64,000 nt of DNA. Origin: Tumidithrix helvetica PCC 7403 (GTDB taxonomy: Bacteria > Cyanobacteriota > Cyanobacteriia > Pseudanabaenales > Pseudanabaenaceae). The stretch covers positions 1 through 64,000 of the forward strand of contig NZ_CBDDRA010000001.1 in NCBI RefSeq assembly GCF_965232925.1. Direction: 5' to 3'. Under the pieces are notes generated by a model, which was given only the letters and a program-made list of their open reading frames with translations, did not search any database and was not told the DNA's origin. Shown here one piece after another: positions 18,691-26,959 of this stretch. The position numbers and the translations under genes were made by a program. Position 1 is the first letter of the stretch. Each line of letters starts with the position of its first letter.

Positions 18691-19134
18691 ATGAAGTTTG
18701 CAACCATCGCCCAAAAAGTTTGTTACGAAAAAATTAAGCCTTGGCTCCATGAAATGTATGAAAATCTAGCGATTCCACCCTACGATCTGCCGATCTTTAT
18801 TTTGCCGATGGGGTCGGCAACGGCAATGGTGGAGGTGCTGCCTTGGGGCAACTCAGAAGCAATTATTGCTACTTGGTCTTATGTGGTCACAGGAGCAGAG
18901 CTAACTGCCGATCTGATGCGCTTTTTGTTAAAGCAAAACTCTGAGTTACAGTTTGGCGTGTTTAGCGTAGATGACGATGGCGATATTCGATTTCACTCGA
19001 CCTTGGTGGGTTCTACCTGCGATCGCAAGGAACTTCATACTTCTGTCTCATCGGTTTTGGAAACTGCGGATAGATACGATGATGAAATCGTGGAATCTTG
19101 GGGCGGCGAACGCGCTTTAGATCGAATGTATTAG
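18691..19134 (+). CDS. YbjN-domain protein (putative sensory transduction regulator/chaperone-like)
   Basis: The 147-aa size and the pattern ...ATWSYVVTGAEL...FGVFSVDDDGDIRFHS resemble the YbjN family. Confidence 0.5.
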   Translation: MKFATIAQKVCYEKIKPWLHEMYENLAIPPYDLPIFILPMGSATAMVEVLPWGNSEAIIATWSYVVTGAELTADLMRFLLKQNSELQFGVFSVDDDGDIRFHSTLVGSTCDRKELHTSVSSVLETADRYDDEIVESWGGERALDRMY

Positions 19135-19141
19135 CGTGATT

Positions 19142-19918
19142 TTAAATGCAGGATTTCTGAGCTAGACGCACTTCAAACCGTTCCCAAGGGGTTGGTTCGA
19201 TCACTTCTGTAGTCATGCCATTTTGAGCCAACAGCGATCGCATTTCCTTCGCACCACCTTCGGCTTTGAGGAACTTTAGGAGCAATCCTTCAAAGGTAAT
19301 ATCTCCACCTGCGGCTGTGGGCAAAATCACTTGTGGCTTCAGCCACTGGGCTACCTGTAAGGTTCCTTTTTGCCCTTTAATTACGGCTCCCAGTAATGGA
19401 ACCTTTAGATCGATAATTGGCGTAATCACCACATCCACAGGCGCGGAATCCTTGAGTGTAGGGGAATGATAACCGTGGGGTTCGTAATATAAAGAAGTTC
19501 CATTGACCAAATCGCGCAGAATATAGCCATTCTCTACGGCGGTGGGGCCTACAGGCGATCCTGGGACGGCTTTGATTTCCAGTTGCTGGGGCAGGGTAAA
19601 GGTTTCGCCATGTGCCAAAGTTGTGACTTGGGTATAGCCCAATTCCTTCACGACCTTTGCCGCATTAGGAGAAGCCACCACAGGAATCTGGCGATCGAGT
19701 CGCTTTAGCGTGGGGATATGGGCGTGATCTTCCAAACCCTGCGACAACAAGATCAGGTCAATATTTTCGGGAATGGAACGGGGGGTCTTGCGATCGCTTT
19801 TAAATAGCCAAGCCGCATTGCCAAACATCAAACTACCCACCAACCAAGGGTCAAGCAAAATGTGTTGTCCGCCCAATTCGATCGACCAAGAGTTGCTGTC
19901 TAGCCAAGTTAGGTGCAT
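19142..19918 (-). CDS. MBL-fold metallo-hydrolase
   Basis: ILLDPW ... LLSQGLEDHAH carries the HxHxDH-type metal-binding motif, and the 258-aa length fits. Confidence 0.8.
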   Translation of the reverse strand: MHLTWLDSNSWSIELGGQHILLDPWLVGSLMFGNAAWLFKSDRKTPRSIPENIDLILLSQGLEDHAHIPTLKRLDRQIPVVASPNAAKVVKELGYTQVTTLAHGETFTLPQQLEIKAVPGSPVGPTAVENGYILRDLVNGTSLYYEPHGYHSPTLKDSAPVDVVITPIIDLKVPLLGAVIKGQKGTLQVAQWLKPQVILPTAAGGDITFEGLLLKFLKAEGGAKEMRSLLAQNGMTTEVIEPTPWERFEVRLAQKSCI

Positions 19919-20224
19919 AGGAGTTTTTTATAAGCTGCTAAGACTATTGTAACGAATTGTTAATGACTTAATGCTCGCAAATCTCTGAAATCCCCAAATC
20001 CCCTCAAAAAGCCTACAGGAAGCAATTCTTAATACGGACGAGATCGATCGATTATAGGTGTTTGGGGCTTGCAAGTAATCCTCATCCCCTTCTGCACGCA
20101 AGATTTTAATAGTTTTTTATCCCAAATTGAGAATCATTGAGTTGTATGTTCATATTTATCTCATGTCTCTATATTCCATGTATTATCTGTAGCGTGTGTG
20201 TAAGAGTGTGTCAGGAGTCGTCAA

Positions 20225-22060
20225 ATGTCTTTTAGATTTCAGGAAATTAACAATCGTCAAGATTGGCGCAAGGCGAATTTATTGTGGTTTTGGGCTGCGA
20301 TCGCATCTTCCACGCTCGTAGGTGGCATTGCCCAAGCCCAAACCAAAACCGTTCCAACCAATGCAGCAAAGGCAAGTGATTCGAGTTTGATTCAGGCGAT
20401 CGGCAGCGATCCGATGTTAAAGCGTCCGCAAGAAAAAACTGCTCCCACCCGCGAACTATCAACAGAATCGGTTCTGATCCAAAAGATCGGTCAGCAGAAA
20501 GTCATCCCTGCCACCAATAAAACCGCCCAGAATGTTACCTCCGTTTCACAGCTAAGTGACGTTCGTCCGACGGACTGGGCATTTACAGCATTGCAATCTC
20601 TGGTTGAGCGCTATGGCTGCATTGCAGGCTATCCCGATCGCACCTATCGCGGTCAAAGAGCCTTAAGTCGTTATGAATTTGCTGCGGGTCTAAATGCCTG
20701 CCTCGATAAGATTAATGAAATTATTTCCGCAGGCTTGGCTGACAAAGTCAGTAAAGAAGACCTAGCGGCTCTACAGAAACTGCAAGAAGAGTTTGCTGCC
20801 GAACTTGCCACCCTGCGCGGGCGGGTTGATGCCCTAGAAGCTAAAACTGCAAAACTGGAAGCCCAGCAATTTTCCACGACCACCAAACTTTTTGGACAAG
20901 CTATCTTTGGTTTACAAGGACGGACAAATAATACTTCCAGAATTGTTGGGTTAAGTACCCCTGATACTGGAACCAACCTCACCCTCGGCAGCAATGTCGA
21001 ACTCACATTCTTAACGCAGTTCGATCGCCGCAACGTTCTGCTTACAGGTCTTAGCATTGGCAATATCTCCACAGCAGCAACTGGAAACAGCGGCTTTAAC
21101 AACTTATTTACGCGGTTAGGCTACGAGTCTCTCACAGGAGATACGGGCAACGCCGTTGTCCTCAGCGATTTAACCTATCGCACGCTTGTTACCGATAACC
21201 TCGCCGTTATTGTTGGGCCTGCGGGCGTTAACCCAATCACGGTTTTTCGTGGACCCAATCGTTATCAGAGTGCTGGACAAGGCTCCATCTCATTATTTGC
21301 TCAGCGCAATCCGATTTTAGGGCTTGGTAACACAACGGGTGGGGTGGGATTTGACTGGCAAATCAGCAAAACCATGAGTTTACAAGGTGTTTATGCAGCG
21401 TCTGCGCCAGCAACGGCGAATGGTAATGGCGGCTTGTTTGGTGGAAACTATACCGCAGGCGCACAATTTGTATTTGCACCTGTCGATCCTGTAGATATCG
21501 CCTTGTATTATCTCCACTCGTATACAAACAATGCAGGATTGGGTAGATTAAATACAGGTGTGGGTGATGACATTGTGGCAATTAACACGCTGGGGGGGAC
21601 GTTACCAACGCATACAGATGCCTTTGGCAGTACAGTGAACTGGCGAATTTTGCCAAAGCTTAACTTTGGTGGATGGGTTGGCTTTACCAGCTCAACAGTC
21701 AATGGTTTGTCAGGCAGCGTTCAGACCTTTAACTGGATGTCTTATCTAACTTTCCCCGATCTGTTTAAGGATGGTAATTTGGGGGGCATCTATGTGGGGC
21801 AACTGCCTAAAATTACAGGCAGTGACTTGAGTGGCAATAGCAACGTTCCTGACTATCTGAGCAATCCCCTATCAGCCACATCTGGAGCCGCAGCGGGTGG
21901 GCAGAGCACTGCCACAACCCATCTAGAAGTGTTTTATCGCTATCGAATTTCTAACAATATCAGTATTACGCCAGGTTTGATTTTCCTATTCAATCCAGGC
22001 AATCGTACAGGTAGCGATACGATTACTATCGGTGCGATCAGAACGACTTTTACATTCTAA
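20225..22060 (+). CDS. SLH-domain / OprB-family outer-membrane porin
   Basis: A signal peptide is followed by an SLH domain (TDWAFTALQSLVERYGCIAGYPDRTYRGQRALSRYEFAAGLNACL), a coiled coil and a Gly/aromatic-rich beta-barrel ending ...TTFTF. Confidence 0.85.
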   Translation: MSFRFQEINNRQDWRKANLLWFWAAIASSTLVGGIAQAQTKTVPTNAAKASDSSLIQAIGSDPMLKRPQEKTAPTRELSTESVLIQKIGQQKVIPATNKTAQNVTSVSQLSDVRPTDWAFTALQSLVERYGCIAGYPDRTYRGQRALSRYEFAAGLNACLDKINEIISAGLADKVSKEDLAALQKLQEEFAAELATLRGRVDALEAKTAKLEAQQFSTTTKLFGQAIFGLQGRTNNTSRIVGLSTPDTGTNLTLGSNVELTFLTQFDRRNVLLTGLSIGNISTAATGNSGFNNLFTRLGYESLTGDTGNAVVLSDLTYRTLVTDNLAVIVGPAGVNPITVFRGPNRYQSAGQGSISLFAQRNPILGLGNTTGGVGFDWQISKTMSLQGVYAASAPATANGNGGLFGGNYTAGAQFVFAPVDPVDIALYYLHSYTNNAGLGRLNTGVGDDIVAINTLGGTLPTHTDAFGSTVNWRILPKLNFGGWVGFTSSTVNGLSGSVQTFNWMSYLTFPDLFKDGNLGGIYVGQLPKITGSDLSGNSNVPDYLSNPLSATSGAAAGGQSTATTHLEVFYRYRISNNISITPGLIFLFNPGNRTGSDTITIGAIRTTFTF

Positions 22061-22085
22061 ACATTGCCATGGAGGCAGTCTAGTT

Positions 22086-22397
22086 ATGTCTAAAAAATTA
22101 TGGATAGCTATTGCCCTTGCTGGTTTTAGTTTTGTCCCTTTGCTTTCCACATTAACTCCTACTGCTTTTGCGGAAGGAACGAATGTTTTCAATGACAACT
22201 ACAATGATGACGGGAATAGACTTCGCAGCAACATCATTGATATGTCTCCTGAAGGAGATGTATCAATAGTACGAGTGAACATTCCTCCTGGTGGAACTCT
22301 TCCCCCATTACCTATATTTGTCGCACCGCCACCACCGCCACCTCCACCTCCACCTCCTCCTGTAGCGCCACCACCACCTCCTCCTGAACCTACGTAG
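22086..22397 (+). CDS. small secreted protein with C-terminal poly-proline tail
   Basis: GGAGG lies upstream of the ATG at 22086. The signal peptide is MSKKLWIAIALAGFSFVPLL. The tail is PPPPPPPPPPPPVAPPPPPPEP. I rejected the longer 22032 start because it has no RBS and overlaps the porin gene. Confidence 0.5.
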   Translation: MSKKLWIAIALAGFSFVPLLSTLTPTAFAEGTNVFNDNYNDDGNRLRSNIIDMSPEGDVSIVRVNIPPGGTLPPLPIFVAPPPPPPPPPPPPVAPPPPPPEPT

Positions 22398-22448
22398 TTG
22401 GACTAAATTAATGCCAATGAATAATTGCTGATTTGGTGGAAACACCTG

Positions 22449-22482
22449 AATGATTTGGTACTTTCATCAGTGCCAAATCATT
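22449..22482 (+). terminator. hairpin followed by a T-run, downstream of 22086-22397
   Basis: aatgatttggtac paired with gtgccaaatcatt is a 13-bp stem with one mismatch, followed by ttcatt. Confidence 0.45.
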
Positions 22483-22523
22483 TTCATTATGGGGTTCCTT
22501 ACGGAGCCAAAATATCACCGCAT

Positions 22524-24512
22524 CTATTGCAAGTGCTGCTGAAAAAAACGTAGGGTATGTCCAATCTCTAAGACCTGATTGCTACGCTTACCTGCACCAT
22601 GTCCCTCATCAGGAAATAGGATCAACTGGGATGGAATCTGGCGTTTCTCTAGCGCCGCTTGCATTTGTACTGCTTCCCCCACAGGTACGCGCGGATCGTT
22701 TGCCCCTTGAACGATCAGCAAAGGGGACTTCACTCGATCTACATAGGTAATTGGAGAGAGGGCAATCAGGGCAGCCCGATCGCGATCGGGGTCGCCATAT
22801 TCAGAAGTTCGCAAGATCCGCCTTGCTGCTGCGGTATTTTGCAAAAACGTCAGCAGATTGCTCATGCCTACGATGGACACCCCTGCATCATAGCTGCCTG
22901 CAAATTTTGTCATTGCCATCAGCGCCGAATATCCGCCATAACTACCTCCCATTACGCCAATCTTGGGCGGTTTGCCATTCACTTGCCAATTCGCACGGAT
23001 ATAGAGGGCGGCATCTTCAATATCGCTAATCACTTCTAACCTTTTAACGCCATTGTCTGCATTTAACCAAGTTTTGCCATAGCCCTCGCTGCCGCGCACG
23101 TTAGGCTCTACATAGATAAACCCTGCTTTGACATAGATTTGTGCCAGTCGATTAAAGCTCGCCTTACTCTGGGCTTCAGGCCCACCATGAAAATGTACGA
23201 TCGCAGGGCAAGTTTGTAGGCACTGCTTTGGGCGATAGACAAACATAGGAATCTGCGTACCGTCACGGGCAGGATAGGATTCCAACGTACCTGCGACAAA
23301 TTCGTTGGGATCGATTTCTGGGGTGCTAGGGAGTACCCATTGGGTCAAGGTTTGGGTTGACCAGTCATAGACATAACTGGTACGCGGGGCTTTGGCAGTC
23401 TCTACGCCAATTGTGGTAAAGCGACCGTTACGTGTAGTCGTGCCTGCATAGACTTGATTGGCTTGAGGAAATTGGGGTAAAGGAATGGGTTGAAATGTCC
23501 GCGCATCGATCGCTTCGAGACGGCTATAACCGCGATCGTTGACCGTATAGAGAATGCGTTGCTTGGTGGTATCGATATCAAAACTAGAGATATCCATAGG
23601 CATCGCTGGCGTAATCGGTGAGAACTTGCCACGCACGGGATCTTTTACTGGGTCTTTCGTTGAATCTTTTGCCGAATCTTTTACTGGGTCTTTTATATAG
23701 CGATAGAGGCGGCGAAACTCGTCAAATTTTGAAGTCAGTACCAACAATTCCCCAGGATGAGCGCCAAATTCTGCCCGATAATCTTCCTTTTCGCCCTGTC
23801 CTAAAACTGGGGTGAGTTGCTTGGTGGTCTCGTCAAATTCGTAATATTCCCGCGACTGGCTCCCCGTAGCTTTGCCAAACAGGAATTTCCCATTGGGTAA
23901 TGCATCCGCAATCCACCACACGCCCGATTCCGCCAAAATCAAGGTTTTCTGTTTTGTTTGCAAATCGTAGCGATAGATTGCAAAGGAGTCGGGACGCAGA
24001 TTGTTTGCAGAGAAATAGATCGTGCGAGAATCATCGGCGATGTATTGCAGCGAAGTTTTGACCTTGGGCTGATGTTGGATCTCTTGCACTGCCCCACCTT
24101 GGGTGGACTGGAGATAAAGCCCTGCATTTTCTTCGCCTTGGCGATCGCGAGATAAGAGCAAGTACTGCCCATCGGGGGTGATACCCACCATCGAGGTGGA
24201 ATCCTGTCCACCCGTGACTTGCACGGGAAAGCGTTGCGCCCCATCAATTCGCCATACTTGGGATGAACCGGTTGCTGCCCACCCAAAAAACAATTTCTTG
24301 CCATCGGGAGTGAGGAATCCTAGCCCAGGCGATCGCACGTCTAAGATTGCCTCAATTTGTCTGGCGATCGCAGGGTCTAGGGCAGGCGGTGCATAGCGTT
24401 TGAGCGTCGCTGCATCCACGCTGGTTTTCCCCAGACCTGTGTAGGCATAGGTAGGCGAAATCAAGCCGAGTGAAAGGCTAAAGGTCAGAACCAAAGATGT
24501 TGTGAATTTCAT
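22524..24512 (-). CDS. S9-family serine peptidase (beta-propeller plus alpha/beta-hydrolase), secreted
   Basis: It has a signal peptide and TolB-like N-terminal repeats. The catalytic serine sits in GGSYGGY, and a C-terminal Asp/His is present. Confidence 0.85.
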   Translation of the reverse strand: MKFTTSLVLTFSLSLGLISPTYAYTGLGKTSVDAATLKRYAPPALDPAIARQIEAILDVRSPGLGFLTPDGKKLFFGWAATGSSQVWRIDGAQRFPVQVTGGQDSTSMVGITPDGQYLLLSRDRQGEENAGLYLQSTQGGAVQEIQHQPKVKTSLQYIADDSRTIYFSANNLRPDSFAIYRYDLQTKQKTLILAESGVWWIADALPNGKFLFGKATGSQSREYYEFDETTKQLTPVLGQGEKEDYRAEFGAHPGELLVLTSKFDEFRRLYRYIKDPVKDSAKDSTKDPVKDPVRGKFSPITPAMPMDISSFDIDTTKQRILYTVNDRGYSRLEAIDARTFQPIPLPQFPQANQVYAGTTTRNGRFTTIGVETAKAPRTSYVYDWSTQTLTQWVLPSTPEIDPNEFVAGTLESYPARDGTQIPMFVYRPKQCLQTCPAIVHFHGGPEAQSKASFNRLAQIYVKAGFIYVEPNVRGSEGYGKTWLNADNGVKRLEVISDIEDAALYIRANWQVNGKPPKIGVMGGSYGGYSALMAMTKFAGSYDAGVSIVGMSNLLTFLQNTAAARRILRTSEYGDPDRDRAALIALSPITYVDRVKSPLLIVQGANDPRVPVGEAVQMQAALEKRQIPSQLILFPDEGHGAGKRSNQVLEIGHTLRFFQQHLQ

Positions 24513-24540
24513 GCTTTCTATTCAGCTTTTTTTAGCTTCG

Positions 24541-25215
24541 TTAATTGCGAACGCCTTCTAACAAACGCGAAAAGTAAAACTGCGTGCAGGTTAGTTCTTT
24601 ACGCTTTACCTGAAATCCATTATCCGCCAATAAGCGTTTGATATCAGACTCAGCATGGAGATAAGCGCGGGTGGTTTTGCTGGGGCCGGGGAATAGTTCG
24701 CCCACTTTTTTGAGTAGGGAGTAATAGGCATTTTTTGGCGCAAAACTGAGAATTAAGCGGGATTTTGCCATGGATGCCAAGTGTTTAATCATCGACTCGG
24801 CTTGCTCGATCGGATAGTGAATCAGCACATCCAGACAAATCACCGTATCGTATTCACCCGATAGACTCTCTAAATCGCTGACCGTAAATACTGGGTTTTC
24901 AGGATCGGTAGCGCGTGTTTTTGCCTCGGCAATCATTTGCTTGGAAATATCGCTGGCATATACCTTTGCCCCTGCGGCGGCGAGGGGCAGGCTTAAACTG
25001 CCAACCCCACAACCCGCATCGCAAACGCTGATTTGGCTGTAGTTGCCGTCTTTTTTAAACCATTGCAGCACGTAGTCTACGGTCTGCTGGTGTCCTGTGC
25101 GAATATCTAGTTGTACTTTATTGACTTTGACGGATTCATCGGCATAGATGCGTCGCCAGCGGTCAAAGCCAACGGTATTGAAATAATTGCGGACAACTTC
25201 TTTGTCAGTGGTCAT
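24541..25215 (-). CDS. chlM: magnesium-protoporphyrin IX O-methyltransferase
   Basis: VCDAGCGVGSLSLPLAAAGAKVYASDIS is the SAM-binding motif in the ChlM context, and the protein is 224 aa. Confidence 0.85.
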   Translation of the reverse strand: MTTDKEVVRNYFNTVGFDRWRRIYADESVKVNKVQLDIRTGHQQTVDYVLQWFKKDGNYSQISVCDAGCGVGSLSLPLAAAGAKVYASDISKQMIAEAKTRATDPENPVFTVSDLESLSGEYDTVICLDVLIHYPIEQAESMIKHLASMAKSRLILSFAPKNAYYSLLKKVGELFPGPSKTTRAYLHAESDIKRLLADNGFQVKRKELTCTQFYFSRLLEGVRN

Positions 25216-25245
25216 ATCTTAAGGGGTTAGGATTAAATTTGAGCC

Positions 25246-25341
25246 TATAGCAATCCTAGATGAGTAGGGGCAATTCATGAATTGCCCCTACTCATTTACG
25301 CTGAGAAAAGAATCTCTCGCAGATCGAATAGGATTGCTATA
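25246..25341. repeat. MITE-like palindromic element, family A, copy 1
   Basis: The terminal inverted repeats are tatagcaatccta and taggattgctata, flanking the perfect 28-bp core palindrome gtaggggcaattcatgaattgcccctac. The second copy is at 38188-38297. Confidence 0.55.
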
Positions 25342-25407
25342 TGAAAACGCACAAGCATTCATAATTCTACTGAACAAGCCACCTACTCGAATGATTTTTC
25401 CGATCGC

Positions 25408-26565
25408 ATGACATTGACAATTGCCGATCGCTTGTTACATTGGTACGACCAACATCGCCGCCAGCTACCTTGGCGCGATCATCCCGACCCCTATGCGGTC
25501 TGGGTATCAGAGATTATGCTGCAACAAACCCGCGTTGACACAGTAATTCCCTACTACGATCGCTGGTTGGCACAATTCCCCACGATCGCCGATCTGGCTG
25601 CGGCTTCTTTACAGGATGTTTTGAAACTCTGGGAGGGTTTGGGCTATTACAGTCGTGCCAGAAATTTACATCAAGCTGCCAAACAAGTCGTTCGGGATTA
25701 TGGCGGTCAACTTCCCAATAACCTGCAAGACCTGCGGAAATTGTCGGGGATTGGCAGATACACCGCTGGCGCGATCGCTTCCATTTGCTTTGCTTGTGAC
25801 GAACCAACGCTGGATGGCAATATTCGGCGGGTGCTCTCTAGGCTGTTTAATGTGGTGGAACCTTTAGGCTCTTCCCAAGGCGATCGCATCCTTTGGGAAC
25901 TGGCAAGAACGCATCTTCCCTCTGGACGCGCAGGGGACTACAACCAAGCTTGGATGGATTTGGGTGCGACGATCTGCACGCCGCGCCATCCTCAATGCGA
26001 ACTCTGTCCGCTGCGATCGGATTGTCAAGCCTATGGGTTGGGCATTCAAAGCGATCGCCCCGTACCGAAACCCCACAAACAGATTCCTCAGCGATCGGCT
26101 GTGGCAGCGATTATTCTGCAAGAAACTGAATCTGGATCGAAGGTCTTGCTGACTAAGCGACAGGAGAAAGGCTTGCTGGGTGGATTGTGGGAGTTTCCCT
26201 GTTGCTATGTGGATGAGAATTTGACTGGCGATTCCTTACAGGACGCGTCCCGCCGCGAAGGCGCAAACCTGCCAAAGTTCCTACACCAATTTCTCTTGAC
26301 TGAATTTAGTACTGAATTTGGCTCTGAATTCGTGACTGCATTTGCGAAGGAATTTCCTGTGGGAACCTATGTTCCCAATTTGTTTGGAACCTACAAACAT
26401 GCCTACACCCATTTTCGAGTGACGCTTCATGCCTATCTTTTTCCGTTTAGAGAATCATCAGAGAAATTGTGCAAACACCCCTGCTTAGATTGGGTTGCGA
26501 TCGCGGAGTTATCCAACTATCCTATGGGAAAACTCGCTCGCCAGATCTCCAAAAATCTATGCTAA
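25408..26565 (+). CDS. mutY: A/G-specific adenine DNA glycosylase
   Basis: There is an HhH-GPD domain, an Fe-S cluster motif (CTPRHPQCELCPLRSDC) and a C-terminal NUDIX-like domain. Confidence 0.9.
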   Translation: MTLTIADRLLHWYDQHRRQLPWRDHPDPYAVWVSEIMLQQTRVDTVIPYYDRWLAQFPTIADLAAASLQDVLKLWEGLGYYSRARNLHQAAKQVVRDYGGQLPNNLQDLRKLSGIGRYTAGAIASICFACDEPTLDGNIRRVLSRLFNVVEPLGSSQGDRILWELARTHLPSGRAGDYNQAWMDLGATICTPRHPQCELCPLRSDCQAYGLGIQSDRPVPKPHKQIPQRSAVAAIILQETESGSKVLLTKRQEKGLLGGLWEFPCCYVDENLTGDSLQDASRREGANLPKFLHQFLLTEFSTEFGSEFVTAFAKEFPVGTYVPNLFGTYKHAYTHFRVTLHAYLFPFRESSEKLCKHPCLDWVAIAELSNYPMGKLARQISKNLC

Positions 26566-26616
26566 CGTGAATTCAGGATAAGGTATTGAGAACGAAACAT
26601 AGGGTGTACAAGCGTT

Positions 26617-26682
26617 CAGGGCGAGCACGGGGGCATCGCCCCTACCACAATTCGTAGGGGCAGCGCCCCCGTGCCTGCCCTG
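26617..26682. repeat. long imperfect palindrome: 29-nt arms with 5 mismatches and an 8-nt loop
   Basis: The left arm cagggcgagcacgggggcatcgcccctac pairs with the right arm gtaggggcagcgcccccgtgcctgccctg. It shares the gtagggg/cccctac motif with MITE family A. Confidence 0.4.
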
Positions 26683-26748
26683 ATTTTCTGGATAAATAGG
26701 ATTTTTTTGGGAGAATTTGGCATTTACGGCATCAATAGCTCAGATAAA

Positions 26749-26790
26749 GGATTTCAGCTTTTCTTATCTCGAACTGAGGTTATGCTAGTT
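26749..26790. repeat. solo end fragment of MITE family B
   Basis: ttttcttatctcgaactgagg matches the right end at 16131-16160. Confidence 0.3.
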
Positions 26791-26959
26791 CAATTCTCAT
26801 GGGATAGAGGTGAGCGACAAATGCCGCGTCGGCACAGATCCCCGACTTTTTGTGGGAATGAAAAAAGTTATCTATGCCTACAAAGAAAAAGTCGGGGATC
26901 TCAATTCGCATTGATTATATCGTAGCAAATAGAAGTGTAAAAGCCTTATGGATTATACT

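Noticed and set aside
22032-22085. Longer start (22032) for the Pro-tailed small protein
   Set aside because: The extension MRSERLLHSKHCHGGSLV overlaps the porin gene and lacks an RBS, whereas the ATG at 22086 has GGAGG upstream and begins a signal peptide.
26671-26925. ORF 26671-26925 (+), 84 aa, in the mutY/NACHT intergenic region
   Set aside because: It starts inside the long palindrome and spans a MITE end fragment. It has no RBS and a low-complexity product, so it is more likely repeat-derived noise.
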